Assembly: GCA_965223705.1 (NCBI GenBank)
Contig: OZ245015.1
Coordinates: forward strand, 3,456,001 to 3,520,000
Length of the DNA stretch: 64,000 nucleotides
Direction: 5' to 3'
Source of the DNA: Myxococcota bacterium
GTDB taxonomy: Bacteria > Myxococcota_A > UBA9160 > UBA6930
Shown: positions 38,376 to 48,137 of the stretch, piece after piece
How positions within the stretch are numbered: position 1 is the stretch's first letter
Layout of the letters: every line of letters starts with the position of its first letter
The notes under the pieces: generated by a model
The model's input: only the letters and a program-made list of their open reading frames with translations
Told to the model about the DNA's origin: nothing
Database searches by the model: none
Program-made: the position numbers and the translations under genes

Positions 38376-39524
38376 ATGCACTTGAGCCGCGATCGAATTC
38401 TGACGACCCACGTGGGCAGCCTACCCCGTCCACCGCGCCTCAGTGAGATCCTCCTCGCCAAGGAGTTCGGCGAAGCGTTCGACCCGGACGAGTATCAAGC
38501 TGAAACACGACGTTCCGTGCTCGCCGCGGTGAAGCGTCAACGCGAAATCGGCATCGACATCGTGAGTGACGGCGAGATGAGCAAGATCGGCTACGCCACG
38601 TACATCACCGACCGATGCACGGGTTTCTCGGGCGAAAGCCCACGCAACCCGCCGGCGGATCTCGCCCGATTCCCCGACTACATGAAGCGCTCCGTCGAAG
38701 AAGGGCAAGCGCCAAAGATCGCGCGTCGCATGTGCACGGGGGAGATCACCGTCCGCGATCGGACGGCCCTCCAAACCGACCTTCGGTTCTTTCGCGAAGC
38801 CCTCGATGAGATCGACGCGCCCTTTGCGTTCATGAACGCCGCGTCGCCGGGCGTCATCGCCGCCTTTCTCCCCAATCGCTACTACCCGAGCGAGGAGGCC
38901 TACCTCGAGGCGCTCTCAGCCGTGATGCGAGAAGAATACGAAGCGATTTCGAATTCGGGTTTCCTCTTGCAGATCGACTGCCCGGATCTCGCGATGGCGC
39001 GACACATCTGGTACAAGGAGCTGTCCGACGCGGACTTCGTCAAGCGGGCGGAAATGAACATCGACGTTCTGAACGCCGCCCTCGAGAACGTGCCCGCGGA
39101 TCGCGCGCGGCTACACCTCTGCTGGGGAAACTACGAAGGCCCCCACGACTGCGACATCGATGTCGCGAAGATCGTCGACGTCGTCACGCGGGCGAAGCCG
39201 CAAGCCATCTCCTTCGAGGCGGCCAACCCCCGCCATGCGCACGAGTGGCGAAGCTGGAGCGAAGCTTCCATTCCGGACGACAAGGTCCTCATGCCCGGCG
39301 TGGTCGACTCGACGTCGAACTTTATCGAACACCCGGAATACGTCGCAGAACGGCTCGGCCGGTTCGCCGACATCGTCGGGCGCGAGCGCGTCATCGCGAG
39401 CACCGATTGCGGGTTCGGGACCTTCGCGACCTACGGACGCGTCGACGCCGACATCTCCTACGCAAAGCTCGAGACGCTCGCCGCCGGTGCTGCGATCGCG
39501 AGCGATCGGCTCTGGGCTCGCTAA
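38376..39524 (+). CDS. Cobalamin-independent methionine synthase II family (single-barrel, epoxyalkane:CoM transferase-like)
   Basis: TTHVGSLPRP, DGE, HLCWGNYEGPH and TDCGF zinc ligands. Confidence 0.9.
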   Translation: MHLSRDRILTTHVGSLPRPPRLSEILLAKEFGEAFDPDEYQAETRRSVLAAVKRQREIGIDIVSDGEMSKIGYATYITDRCTGFSGESPRNPPADLARFPDYMKRSVEEGQAPKIARRMCTGEITVRDRTALQTDLRFFREALDEIDAPFAFMNAASPGVIAAFLPNRYYPSEEAYLEALSAVMREEYEAISNSGFLLQIDCPDLAMARHIWYKELSDADFVKRAEMNIDVLNAALENVPADRARLHLCWGNYEGPHDCDIDVAKIVDVVTRAKPQAISFEAANPRHAHEWRSWSEASIPDDKVLMPGVVDSTSNFIEHPEYVAERLGRFADIVGRERVIASTDCGFGTFATYGRVDADISYAKLETLAAGAAIASDRLWAR

Positions 39525-40747
39525 GTCGCGAGCTCCTGCGCGACGTCGTCTTTCCGCGGATCGCGGAGCCCGGTGCGACCGTGGTGACGGTCGGCGACCT
39601 TGTAGCCGAGCGCGTCCTCGGCGATCAGGATCTTCTGGACGTTGGCCGTCCCCTCTCCCGTAAAGAAGAGGTCCGCATAGGACTTGAGCCACGACACGCG
39701 GTACTCGAGCGAGAGGCCGTAGCCGCCGAAGATGAGCTGCGCTTTGTCGGCCACCGTCTTCGCCACCTCCGAAGCGTGGTACTTCGCGAGAGACGCGATT
39801 CGGTTCGACGGGAGATCCGCGTCCATATACTGCGCCGCTTTGTAGACGAGTGCTCGACTCGACTCGACGGCCACCGCCATCTCGGCGATGTCGGATTGGA
39901 TCATCTGGAACCTGCCGATGGGAGCGCCGCGCAGCTCGCGCTCGTTGGCGTAACGAACGGCGTCTTCGAAGCAGGCTCGGGCGACGCCGAGCGCCTTCGC
40001 CGCGACCGTCACTCTTCCGGGCTGGAGCGCCCGCATGACGATCTTGAACCCCTCTCCCTCTTCACCGAGCCGGTTCTCGACGGGTACGACGAAGTCGTCG
40101 AGGAAGACCGCCGTCGTGCGGAGTGCCTTCGAGAGGCCGTGCATCTCGATCGGTTGCGCCTCGAAGCCCGGATATTTCTTCGGCTCGACGATGAAAGCGG
40201 TTACGCCCTTCGCTCCCGCTGCGGGATCGGTCTTTGCCAACAGCACACCGACATCGGTCTCGTTCGCGAGTGACGCGTACATTTTGGAACCGTTCAGCTT
40301 GTAGACGTCGCCGTCTCGCACCGCCGTCGTCTTCATGGCGCCCACCGCGTCGGAGCCACCCCCGGATTCGGTGAGTGCCATCATCCCGATCGTCTCACCG
40401 GCGAGGAGCGACGGGACGTATTTCATCACTTGTTCGGCGGTGCCGCCCGCGTAGATACAGTGCGGGCAGCTCGATCCCTGCTGGTTGTTGCAAGCGGCAA
40501 AGCGCACGTCGTTTCGGGCGAGCTCTTCGGTGACCACGGAGGCCGCGACGTAGCCCAAGTTCGTGCCGCCCACCGACTCCGGAAACACCGCTCCAAAAAG
40601 ACCCGCAGCACCCGCTTTCTTGACGAGCTCGCGCGGGAACTCGCCCTTGCGCTCGATCTCGTCCATGTACGGATTCACCTCGGTCTCCATGAACCGATTG
40701 ACGTTCTCGCGAATCGCGGCGATCTCGGGGGGTAGCAGTTCGTCCAT
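39521..40747 (-). CDS. Acyl-CoA dehydrogenase
   Basis: ALTESGGGSD, LNGSK, GEEGEGF, IFGGYG and GEGT. Confidence 0.93.
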   Translation of the reverse strand: MDELLPPEIAAIRENVNRFMETEVNPYMDEIERKGEFPRELVKKAGAAGLFGAVFPESVGGTNLGYVAASVVTEELARNDVRFAACNNQQGSSCPHCIYAGGTAEQVMKYVPSLLAGETIGMMALTESGGGSDAVGAMKTTAVRDGDVYKLNGSKMYASLANETDVGVLLAKTDPAAGAKGVTAFIVEPKKYPGFEAQPIEMHGLSKALRTTAVFLDDFVVPVENRLGEEGEGFKIVMRALQPGRVTVAAKALGVARACFEDAVRYANERELRGAPIGRFQMIQSDIAEMAVAVESSRALVYKAAQYMDADLPSNRIASLAKYHASEVAKTVADKAQLIFGGYGLSLEYRVSWLKSYADLFFTGEGTANVQKILIAEDALGYKVADRHHGRTGLRDPRKDDVAQELAT

Positions 40748-40759
40748 GGACGTTCCTTT

Positions 40760-41788
40760 CTAGGATGGCTCGAAGAAGGCTTTTCCGGTCTTCTGCTCGT
40801 CGAACAGTCGGTAGGCCTCTTCCGCGTCGTCGAGCTTCCATCGATGTGTGAACAGGCTGTCGATGTCGATCTTGCGCCCGGCGACGAACCGAGCGCAGTC
40901 CGCTTGCCCGACCTTGGAAAAGGTCTGGTGACCGACGAGCGTCATCTGGCGCCGAATCAGATCCGTCAGTACATCGAAGGTGACCTCCCCTCCGACACCG
41001 ACGAAAACAGCGGCCCCGAACGCTCGCGTACAAAGGACGGCATTGCGCCGAGCGTCCGGTGAGGACGTGGCGTCGAAAGCCTTGTCCGCGCCTTCGCCGT
41101 GGGTGAGGTCGCGAATCGCCTCTGCGGGGTCCTCCGCGACGGGATCGATCACGACATCCGCCCCTCGGACGCGCGCCATCTCGCGGCGTTCTTGCGACGG
41201 ATCGATCGCCACGACCCGTGCCCCCATGGCCACCGCGAGTTGGGTCGCGGAGAGACCGACGGGGCCCTGGCCGAAAATCGCGATGGTCTCGTCACCCGCG
41301 AGGCCCAAGCGCTTGAGCGCGCCGTAGGCCGTGCCGGTACCGCAAGCGATCGCCGCGCCCGACTGGAAGGAGAGATCATCCGGCAGAGGCACCACGGTGT
41401 GCGCCGGCACCAGCATGTACCTCGCGTGTGCGCCGTGTCCTCCGCGATTCCCGTAGACGACGGCTCCATCGAGACACTGCTGAGTCCATCCGGTCTTGCA
41501 GTGCCGGCAGGCACCGCACCCCTCGTAGTGGTGGTTCATGACGCGATCGCCAATCCGGGCCTCGCGTTCTGAGACGGACGAGCCGACCTCGGCGACGACG
41601 CCACAGGGCTCATGCCCAGCGATCAGAACTTCGGGAACGTCGCTTGACGGCCGACGGTACAAGCCGAGGTCAGAGCCGCAGATACCGGAAGCGCGAATCT
41701 CGAGGACGACATCGCGTGGCCCGGGAGTCGGGTCCGGGAAGTCCCTGAGCTCGAGCTTTCGATCACCGAGAAAGACGACTCCCTTCAC
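40760..41788 (-). CDS. Zinc-dependent alcohol dehydrogenase (MDR)
   Basis: ICGSD, GHE, CxxCxxC-x7-C and GQGPVG. Confidence 0.94.
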   Translation of the reverse strand: MKGVVFLGDRKLELRDFPDPTPGPRDVVLEIRASGICGSDLGLYRRPSSDVPEVLIAGHEPCGVVAEVGSSVSEREARIGDRVMNHHYEGCGACRHCKTGWTQQCLDGAVVYGNRGGHGAHARYMLVPAHTVVPLPDDLSFQSGAAIACGTGTAYGALKRLGLAGDETIAIFGQGPVGLSATQLAVAMGARVVAIDPSQERREMARVRGADVVIDPVAEDPAEAIRDLTHGEGADKAFDATSSPDARRNAVLCTRAFGAAVFVGVGGEVTFDVLTDLIRRQMTLVGHQTFSKVGQADCARFVAGRKIDIDSLFTHRWKLDDAEEAYRLFDEQKTGKAFFEPS

Positions 41789-41810
41789 TGATGCTCCTCC
41801 ACCGCTGCAG

Positions 41811-43919
41811 CTAGTCCTCGACCGCCGTCACCAGTGCATCGACCGCCAAGGTACCGCCCCCTTCGGGCATCACCATCAGCGGATTAATCTCGAACTCGGC
41901 GACCTCGGTCATCGCGAGGAACATGTCGCCGAACCGAACCGCGGAATCGACGAGTGCGTTGATATCTGCGCGCGGCGCGGCGCGGAACCCTCCGAGCAGC
42001 ATCGACAGCTTGAGCTTTTCGAGGGCCCTGCGTACCTGCGCAGCATCGGTGGGCAGTGCCAGATAGGCCACGTCTCGAAATAGCTCGATTCCGACGCCGC
42101 CGAGGCCGATCGTCAGGACGGGTCCGAAATCCGTGGCGCGGAGGCAAGAGAGAACCGCTTCGACGCCTCCTTCGACCATCTCCTGGACGAGGATCTCGGC
42201 GTTCGGCTTGCCCATGATGCGCCTGAGAGCGTCGGCCTGTGCATCGACATCCTCCGGCGACCTGACCCGCAACCTGACGAGGCCGAGCTCGGTCTTGTGT
42301 TCGGCATCGCCGGGCAACGCCTTCACCACCACGGGCCAGTTGAGACCGTGGCAAGACTCCGCAGCACCATCGCCATTGCGGAGGACCCTCCACCTCGGTG
42401 TGCCGATTCCGCAGTCCGCGAGAGCGGCCATGGTTTCTTCCCAGCTTCCGGGGCCCGGCCGTTCCGTCTGCGGTGCGCGTACCTCTGCGTCCGGTCGCGC
42501 CAAATACCTCGCACTTCGGTAGAGCCACTCGAGCGCTTTCATGGCGGCCATTGGATCCTGGCAAGCCAGGACGCCCGCCTCGCGCAACGCCCGCAACGGC
42601 TCCTCGGGCGGTCCCTCGCCGGCAAAGCTCAGGACGACGGGCAGTCGTTTGTCCCGCGCCAAGGCCTTGAAGTGCTCTCCCTTCTCGTCGAGATCGCGCC
42701 GTCCACTGCTCGAGAACTGCATGATGAACGCCTCGGTACGGGGATCGTCGGCGATGAGCTCGAGGCTCTCGTCGAACATCTTTGGCTGCGCCCGCACCTG
42801 CCCCGTCATGTCGGCCGGGTTCTCCGCCCGGGCGAAATCCGGGAACAGCGCCTCGAGAGCTGCGCCGACAGAAGGGCTGAACTCCGCCATCGGAACACCG
42901 AGCTGCTCCGCGTGGTCGGCGAGTAGCGCGCAGGCACCGCCGGACAGGCTCAGGGCCGATGCACCGCCGCGGAGGTCGTCCGTGACGCGCGGAGGGGACA
43001 GGTACGTGAGCGCTTCAATCGCGGAGACGACATCTGAGAGCGATTCGATGGCGACAATGCCCGCCTGCTCCCAGACGTCACGATAGATCGCGTGGGGTGA
43101 GGCGACCTTTCCGGTGTGCGAGCGGGTCGCCGATTGACCGAGCGACGAGTTGCCGGACTTGAGCGCCACGATCTGGACCCCGTTGGCCCGAGCGCGCTCG
43201 GCGATCTGCAGTATTCGGGAACCTCCCCTTAGCCCTTCGACGTAGAGCACGACGACCCGAACGTCCTCTTGCTCGATGATCCAGTCGAGGAAGTCGAGGA
43301 GCCCGAGTTGCGTTTCGTTACCGACGCTGACCATGTAGGCGCAGCCAATGCCGCTGCTTTGGAGCTGAAAGCCGATGGCTCCGGCGAGAGCACCGCTCTG
43401 GCTCACGATCGCAACCGGCGCGTGGGTCAGATGCTCGAGACGGAGGGCGGCCGCGCCGAAGGACAGCACCGTCTTCCGCCGCACGGACCAAGCGCCTTGG
43501 CAGTTGGTTCCGAGGAGTGAGACACCATTGCGGTTGGCGGTTTCGAGCACCTTCGCAGCCAACGCCTTGCCCGACTCCATCTCCTCGAAACCGGCGCTAA
43601 AGACGACGGCTGCGGGAATTCCCTTCGCACCACACGCGTCGATGACGTCCGGCACCGTGTGCGACGGAGTGATCACCAGCGCCAAGTCCGGAGCCTCCGG
43701 CAGGGCCAAAAGGTCCGGGTAGCACCGAATTCCCTCGACTTCCCGATGCCGCGGGTGGACGGGGTAGACTGTTCCCGGGAAGCCGGTCTGAACCAATACG
43801 CGAACGATCGAGTTGCGCGGGGTGCCACGATCCGGCGACGCCCCGACCACGGCGACGCTCTCTGCCTTGAAGATGCGGTCGAGCGCCTGGAAGTCGGAAG
43901 ATGAGGAGGTCGTTGTCAT
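41811..43919 (-). CDS. Acetate/acyl-CoA ligase (ADP-forming), fused alpha-beta
   Basis: VGAS CoA-binding motif, SQSGA, SHTG phospho-His, HKTE and EINPL. Confidence 0.92.
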   Translation of the reverse strand: MTTTSSSSDFQALDRIFKAESVAVVGASPDRGTPRNSIVRVLVQTGFPGTVYPVHPRHREVEGIRCYPDLLALPEAPDLALVITPSHTVPDVIDACGAKGIPAAVVFSAGFEEMESGKALAAKVLETANRNGVSLLGTNCQGAWSVRRKTVLSFGAAALRLEHLTHAPVAIVSQSGALAGAIGFQLQSSGIGCAYMVSVGNETQLGLLDFLDWIIEQEDVRVVVLYVEGLRGGSRILQIAERARANGVQIVALKSGNSSLGQSATRSHTGKVASPHAIYRDVWEQAGIVAIESLSDVVSAIEALTYLSPPRVTDDLRGGASALSLSGGACALLADHAEQLGVPMAEFSPSVGAALEALFPDFARAENPADMTGQVRAQPKMFDESLELIADDPRTEAFIMQFSSSGRRDLDEKGEHFKALARDKRLPVVLSFAGEGPPEEPLRALREAGVLACQDPMAAMKALEWLYRSARYLARPDAEVRAPQTERPGPGSWEETMAALADCGIGTPRWRVLRNGDGAAESCHGLNWPVVVKALPGDAEHKTELGLVRLRVRSPEDVDAQADALRRIMGKPNAEILVQEMVEGGVEAVLSCLRATDFGPVLTIGLGGVGIELFRDVAYLALPTDAAQVRRALEKLKLSMLLGGFRAAPRADINALVDSAVRFGDMFLAMTEVAEFEINPLMVMPEGGGTLAVDALVTAVED

Positions 43920-43952
43920 TGACCATCTAACCATGGCACATCGCGGGGAAAC

Positions 43953-44741
43953 GTGTCCCAAGACATTCTACTGACCGTCGAAGATGGCATCGCGACCATC
44001 ACCTTGAACCGACCCGAAAAGCGGAACGCGTTTACCGACGACATGCTCCTCGACTGGGTCCGAATGCTGGACACGTGCCAGGAAGACCCCGAGACCAAAG
44101 TCGTCGTCATCACCGGGGCCGGAAGTGGATTCTGCGCCGGCGGTGACATCGGCCGCATGAAGGAGAAGGCGGCCCACGGCCCCGTCGGAGCGAAAGGCGA
44201 GATCTCGAAGATCACCCAAGCTCTTCCGCGAAAAGTGAGCGGGTTCGCCAAACCGCTGATAGCGGCGGTCAATGGAGCGGCCACGGGGGGTGGACTCGAC
44301 GTCGCGCTGATGTGCGACATCCGACTCGCCAGCCAGAGCGCGGTCTTCGCGCAAACCTATGCGAAGCTCGGTCTCTTCCCGGGTGTAGGCGGCGCCTACT
44401 ACCTACCGCGACTGATCGGTGCGGCGAAGGCACTCGAACTGCTCTGGACATCGCGCTTTCTCGATGCCGAAGAGGCGCTCGATCTCGGTCTCGTCAACCA
44501 CGTCTATCCCGACGATGCGTTCCGCGCGCGCGTGCACGAATTCGCGCTCCGCATCGCCCGCGCAGCTCCTCTCTCCGTCGGCTACATCAAACGCGCTCTC
44601 TACCAGGGCCTGGAGACCGATCTGGCGACGCATCTCGACCAGGCATCTTCGCTCGTGGCCATGCTGCGAACGACCGACGATCACCTGGAAGCGGTCGCCG
44701 CATTCCAGGAGAAGCGTGCTCCGGTTTTCAGAGGTGAGTGA
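43953..44741 (+). CDS. Enoyl-CoA hydratase/isomerase family
   Basis: NRPEKRNA, FCAGGD, AVNGAATGGG and AFQEKRAP. Confidence 0.93.
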   Translation: MSQDILLTVEDGIATITLNRPEKRNAFTDDMLLDWVRMLDTCQEDPETKVVVITGAGSGFCAGGDIGRMKEKAAHGPVGAKGEISKITQALPRKVSGFAKPLIAAVNGAATGGGLDVALMCDIRLASQSAVFAQTYAKLGLFPGVGGAYYLPRLIGAAKALELLWTSRFLDAEEALDLGLVNHVYPDDAFRARVHEFALRIARAAPLSVGYIKRALYQGLETDLATHLDQASSLVAMLRTTDDHLEAVAAFQEKRAPVFRGE

Positions 44742-45558
44742 AGACCAATCGCGCCTCCACTACCGCGTTGCGGGGAGAAGCGACGGCCCGGTGTTGGCCC
44801 TCTCGCATGGTCTCATGTCCTGCAACGCACAGTGGCTGGTCAACGAGGAAGTGCTCGGGCGGAATTTCAAGCTCGTCATGATCGAACTGTGGGGTCACGG
44901 AGGCTCACCGGCTCCGCAAGATCCGGCCGCCTACACGGTGGGCCGATACGTTCGCGAATTTGAAGCGATTCGAGGCGCCGTGGGGGCCGCGGCGTGGACG
45001 CTGGTGGGCCAGTCCTACAGTGCGGGCCTGATGCTTCAATACGCGCTCCGTCACCCCGAGTCCTGTCGCGCGGTCATCACCACCAACTCGAGCTCGGCCT
45101 TTGGCGCAGCGGAGGCCAAGCGCGCCGCGCGGCCCGACAAGCGCAACGTTCCATTGATGGATCCCGACGTTCCGTTGCACGAGCTCCCCTTTCACCCGAA
45201 ACACGCGCGCCGTCTTCCGCCGCACGTGAAGGAACCCATGGTCGCAAAGGCCGACCTCATTCCGCGCCGCGCCATCACCCAGAGCGGCAACCTCCTGCGC
45301 GACCTCACGTTTCGCGAGCGTCTCGACACAGTGCCGACACCCGTGATGCTTGCGAACGGTGTTTACGAGAAACCGTTTCAGGCAGACGTGGCCTACCTCG
45401 AGTCGCGCTATGCGGGCCTCCGCGTCGTGCCGATGGAGGGTGGTCATTCGGTGAACATCGAAGCCTCCGATGAGTTCCACGTTGCGGTAACGGGCTTCTT
45501 GGAGGCTCTCGAAGACGGAGACCGCGCCCCGAAAGTGAGTCGTCGCGCCGACTCGTAA
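44734..45558 (+). CDS. Alpha/beta hydrolase
   Basis: SHG, WGHGGS, nucleophile elbow GQSYS and C-terminal GHSVNIE. Confidence 0.85.
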   Translation: MSEDQSRLHYRVAGRSDGPVLALSHGLMSCNAQWLVNEEVLGRNFKLVMIELWGHGGSPAPQDPAAYTVGRYVREFEAIRGAVGAAAWTLVGQSYSAGLMLQYALRHPESCRAVITTNSSSAFGAAEAKRAARPDKRNVPLMDPDVPLHELPFHPKHARRLPPHVKEPMVAKADLIPRRAITQSGNLLRDLTFRERLDTVPTPVMLANGVYEKPFQADVAYLESRYAGLRVVPMEGGHSVNIEASDEFHVAVTGFLEALEDGDRAPKVSRRADS

Positions 45559-45623
45559 AAGCGGTTGTACTGGGGCGGCACCTGATCAATGCTTGCGCAA
45601 AGAGACCACGCACCGAGGGAACT

Positions 45624-46478
45624 ATGACAGAACATGCACTCCAGACCCTTGCCGACGGCTTCGTCGTCCTCGAGACCCCGCGCTGGCGGGGCGACCGGCT
45701 GTGGATGTCGGACGTCTTTGGCGAAGCGGTCTACACCATGACCGAAGACGGGAAGAGCACGCTCATTGCGAAAGTTCCGGGACGCGCGGCTGGAATCAGC
45801 ATCCTGCCGGACGGCCGGTGCGTGGTGGTGTCCCAGGCCAACCGAAAGTTGATGCTCGTGGGCGACGACGGGGAATTGAGCGTGTACGCAGATCTGACAC
45901 CCTTCGCCCAGTACGATTTGAACGACACGGTTTGCGATGAACTCGGCAACATCTACGCCGGACATTTCGGCTACGACCTCTACAACGACGCCGAACCCGA
46001 GCCGGCGACGCTGATCATGGTCACGCCGGAACGAGAATGTCGCGTAGCGGCCGAGGGTGTCTATTTTCCGAACGGCACGGTGATCACCCCGGACGGGGGG
46101 ATGCTGATCGTCGCCGAGACTTTCGTCGGAAGATTGACCGCATTTGATCGCGCACCGGACGGAACGCTGTCCAACCGGCGCGTCTGGGCCGAGCTCGGCG
46201 ACCGCACCCCGGATGGAATCTGCCTCGATGCGGCGGGCGCGGTTTGGGCCGCATCGTTCCTGACCGGCGAGTTCGTCCGGGTAGAGGAAGGTGGCAACAT
46301 CACCGACGTCATTCCCGTTCCGGGTAAACGCGCCATGGCTTGCACGTTGGGCGGCTCCGACGGGAAAACCCTCTTCTGCATGACCTTCGAGGGTACGCTG
46401 GAAGATATCGTCGCGGGCCACAAAGGGGCGCGCGTCGAAGTGTGTCGCGTAGACGTGCCGGGAACCGGCTCGCCCTAG
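45624..46478 (+). CDS. SMP-30/gluconolactonase family
   Basis: ETPRW, LND, FPNG and PDGICLD. Confidence 0.92.
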   Translation: MTEHALQTLADGFVVLETPRWRGDRLWMSDVFGEAVYTMTEDGKSTLIAKVPGRAAGISILPDGRCVVVSQANRKLMLVGDDGELSVYADLTPFAQYDLNDTVCDELGNIYAGHFGYDLYNDAEPEPATLIMVTPERECRVAAEGVYFPNGTVITPDGGMLIVAETFVGRLTAFDRAPDGTLSNRRVWAELGDRTPDGICLDAAGAVWAASFLTGEFVRVEEGGNITDVIPVPGKRAMACTLGGSDGKTLFCMTFEGTLEDIVAGHKGARVEVCRVDVPGTGSP

Positions 46479-46506
46479 AGCCACTTAGAAAATAGGCGGT
46501 TCAATC

Positions 46507-47724
46507 ATGAACGAGCTTCCCACGCACGTCCTCTCCGGTATGAAGGTTCTTGACCTCACCCGGGCCCTCGCTGGCCCGAGCTGCACGCGCATGTTCGCCG
46601 AGATGGGAGCGGAGGTGATCAAGGTCGAGGCGGGCCCAAGCGGTGATATGACCCGCAACTACTCGAAGAAGAACGATCGGAGTCTCTACTACATCCAACA
46701 GAACCTGAACAAAAAGAGCGTCTGTCTGGACTTCCGCAAGCCGGGTGCGCTCGAGATCATCAAAGAGATCGTTCCTCACGTCGACGTCGTCGTCGAGAAC
46801 TACAAGCCCGGGGTGATGGCCGATATGGGGCTCGCGTACGAGGATCTCACCGAGCTGAAAAGCGACATCATCCTCTGCTCGATCTCGGCCCTCGGGCAGA
46901 GTGGTCCGCTCGCTTCAAAGCCGGGTTACGACTACATCGCGCAGGCGTATGCGGGGGTGACCTCGATGATCGGGGAACCCGACGACGCTCCCTACATCCC
47001 CCTGGTCGGCGTGGGCGACGTCAACACCGGCGTCACCGCGGCACTCGGCGTGATGGCCGCACTCCGTCATCGCGATCAGACTGGAAGAGGGCAGCACGTC
47101 GACGTCGGTCTTCTCGACGTCTACTTCCATTGCCACGAGATCAACGTGCACCAGTACTCGGGAAGCGGCGGCGAGATCGAGCCCACCCGTACGGGCCGTC
47201 ACGTCACGTACCTGTCGCCCGCCGGCGTCTTCCGGGGCACGGGCGGCTGCGTCGTCATCATGGCGTTCCAGAATCACTGGAAGGACCTATGCGCCGCGAT
47301 GGAGCGACCGGATCTCCTCGACCACGAAGTTTTCGGCGAAGACGCGACCCGCGTCGAGCACAAGGCCGAGGTCGTCGAGATCGTCGAGGCCTGGCTAAAG
47401 GGCTTTCCGGACACCGATACTCCGGTGAGGAAGATGGAGGAGCACGGGGTGCCCTGCGCGCCGGTCCTGAGTGTCGCGGAGGCCGTCAACCACCCGCATC
47501 TTCGGGCACGCGGCACGGTCCGTACCGTGAAGGACCGGATCGCCGGCGAGTTCGATATTCCCGGTCATCCAATCCGCTTCTCGGGCGTACCGGGTGACCC
47601 CGGCTATCAAGCCCCGCTTCTCGGCGAGCACAATCGCGAGGTTCTCTCGGGGTGGCTCGGCAAGAGCGACGCCGAAATCGCCTCGCTCCGCGAATCGGGC
47701 GTGCTGATCGAGGGTGACGTCTAA
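46507..47724 (+). CDS. CaiB/BaiF family III CoA transferase
   Basis: VLDLTRALAGP, GAEVIKVE, ENYKPG, GYD and PLLGEH. Confidence 0.93.
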   Translation: MNELPTHVLSGMKVLDLTRALAGPSCTRMFAEMGAEVIKVEAGPSGDMTRNYSKKNDRSLYYIQQNLNKKSVCLDFRKPGALEIIKEIVPHVDVVVENYKPGVMADMGLAYEDLTELKSDIILCSISALGQSGPLASKPGYDYIAQAYAGVTSMIGEPDDAPYIPLVGVGDVNTGVTAALGVMAALRHRDQTGRGQHVDVGLLDVYFHCHEINVHQYSGSGGEIEPTRTGRHVTYLSPAGVFRGTGGCVVIMAFQNHWKDLCAAMERPDLLDHEVFGEDATRVEHKAEVVEIVEAWLKGFPDTDTPVRKMEEHGVPCAPVLSVAEAVNHPHLRARGTVRTVKDRIAGEFDIPGHPIRFSGVPGDPGYQAPLLGEHNREVLSGWLGKSDAEIASLRESGVLIEGDV

Positions 47725-48137
47725 GAAGGCGCCTCGCCTTCAACAGGTAAGAAGTACGGAAGCGCGAAGCGGTCGTCGAACCGGACGACCTCGCACTGAA
47801 GCGGCATCCCCACGCGCAGCGAGACCTCCCTTCCGGGGGGAATCCCGCTGACCATGCGCACGCCTTCTTCCAGATCGACCAGCGTGATGAAGTAAGGAAC
47901 CTGCGGTGCGAGCATCGGATGCACGGGATGCTGCACCTCGGTAAACGAGCCCAGCGTCGCCCTGCCCGAAGCCGGCTTCCACGCCGTGTTGAAGGATCGG
48001 CACTTCGGACAGATCGGCCCCGGTGGATGATGCGCCGCACCGCAATCCTCACAGAACTTGAGATGCAGCGTTCCCGACGCCAAGTGGCGCCAGTACGGCA
48101 TGTCGAGATACTCGTCGCTCGGTCGGATGACGGTCAT
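47721..48137 (-). CDS. DUF35 Zn-ribbon/OB-fold acyl-CoA-binding protein
   Basis: CEDCG...CPKC and VDLEEGVRM. ATG overlaps the thiolase stop. Confidence 0.9.
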   Translation of the reverse strand: MTVIRPSDEYLDMPYWRHLASGTLHLKFCEDCGAAHHPPGPICPKCRSFNTAWKPASGRATLGSFTEVQHPVHPMLAPQVPYFITLVDLEEGVRMVSGIPPGREVSLRVGMPLQCEVVRFDDRFALPYFLPVEGEAPS

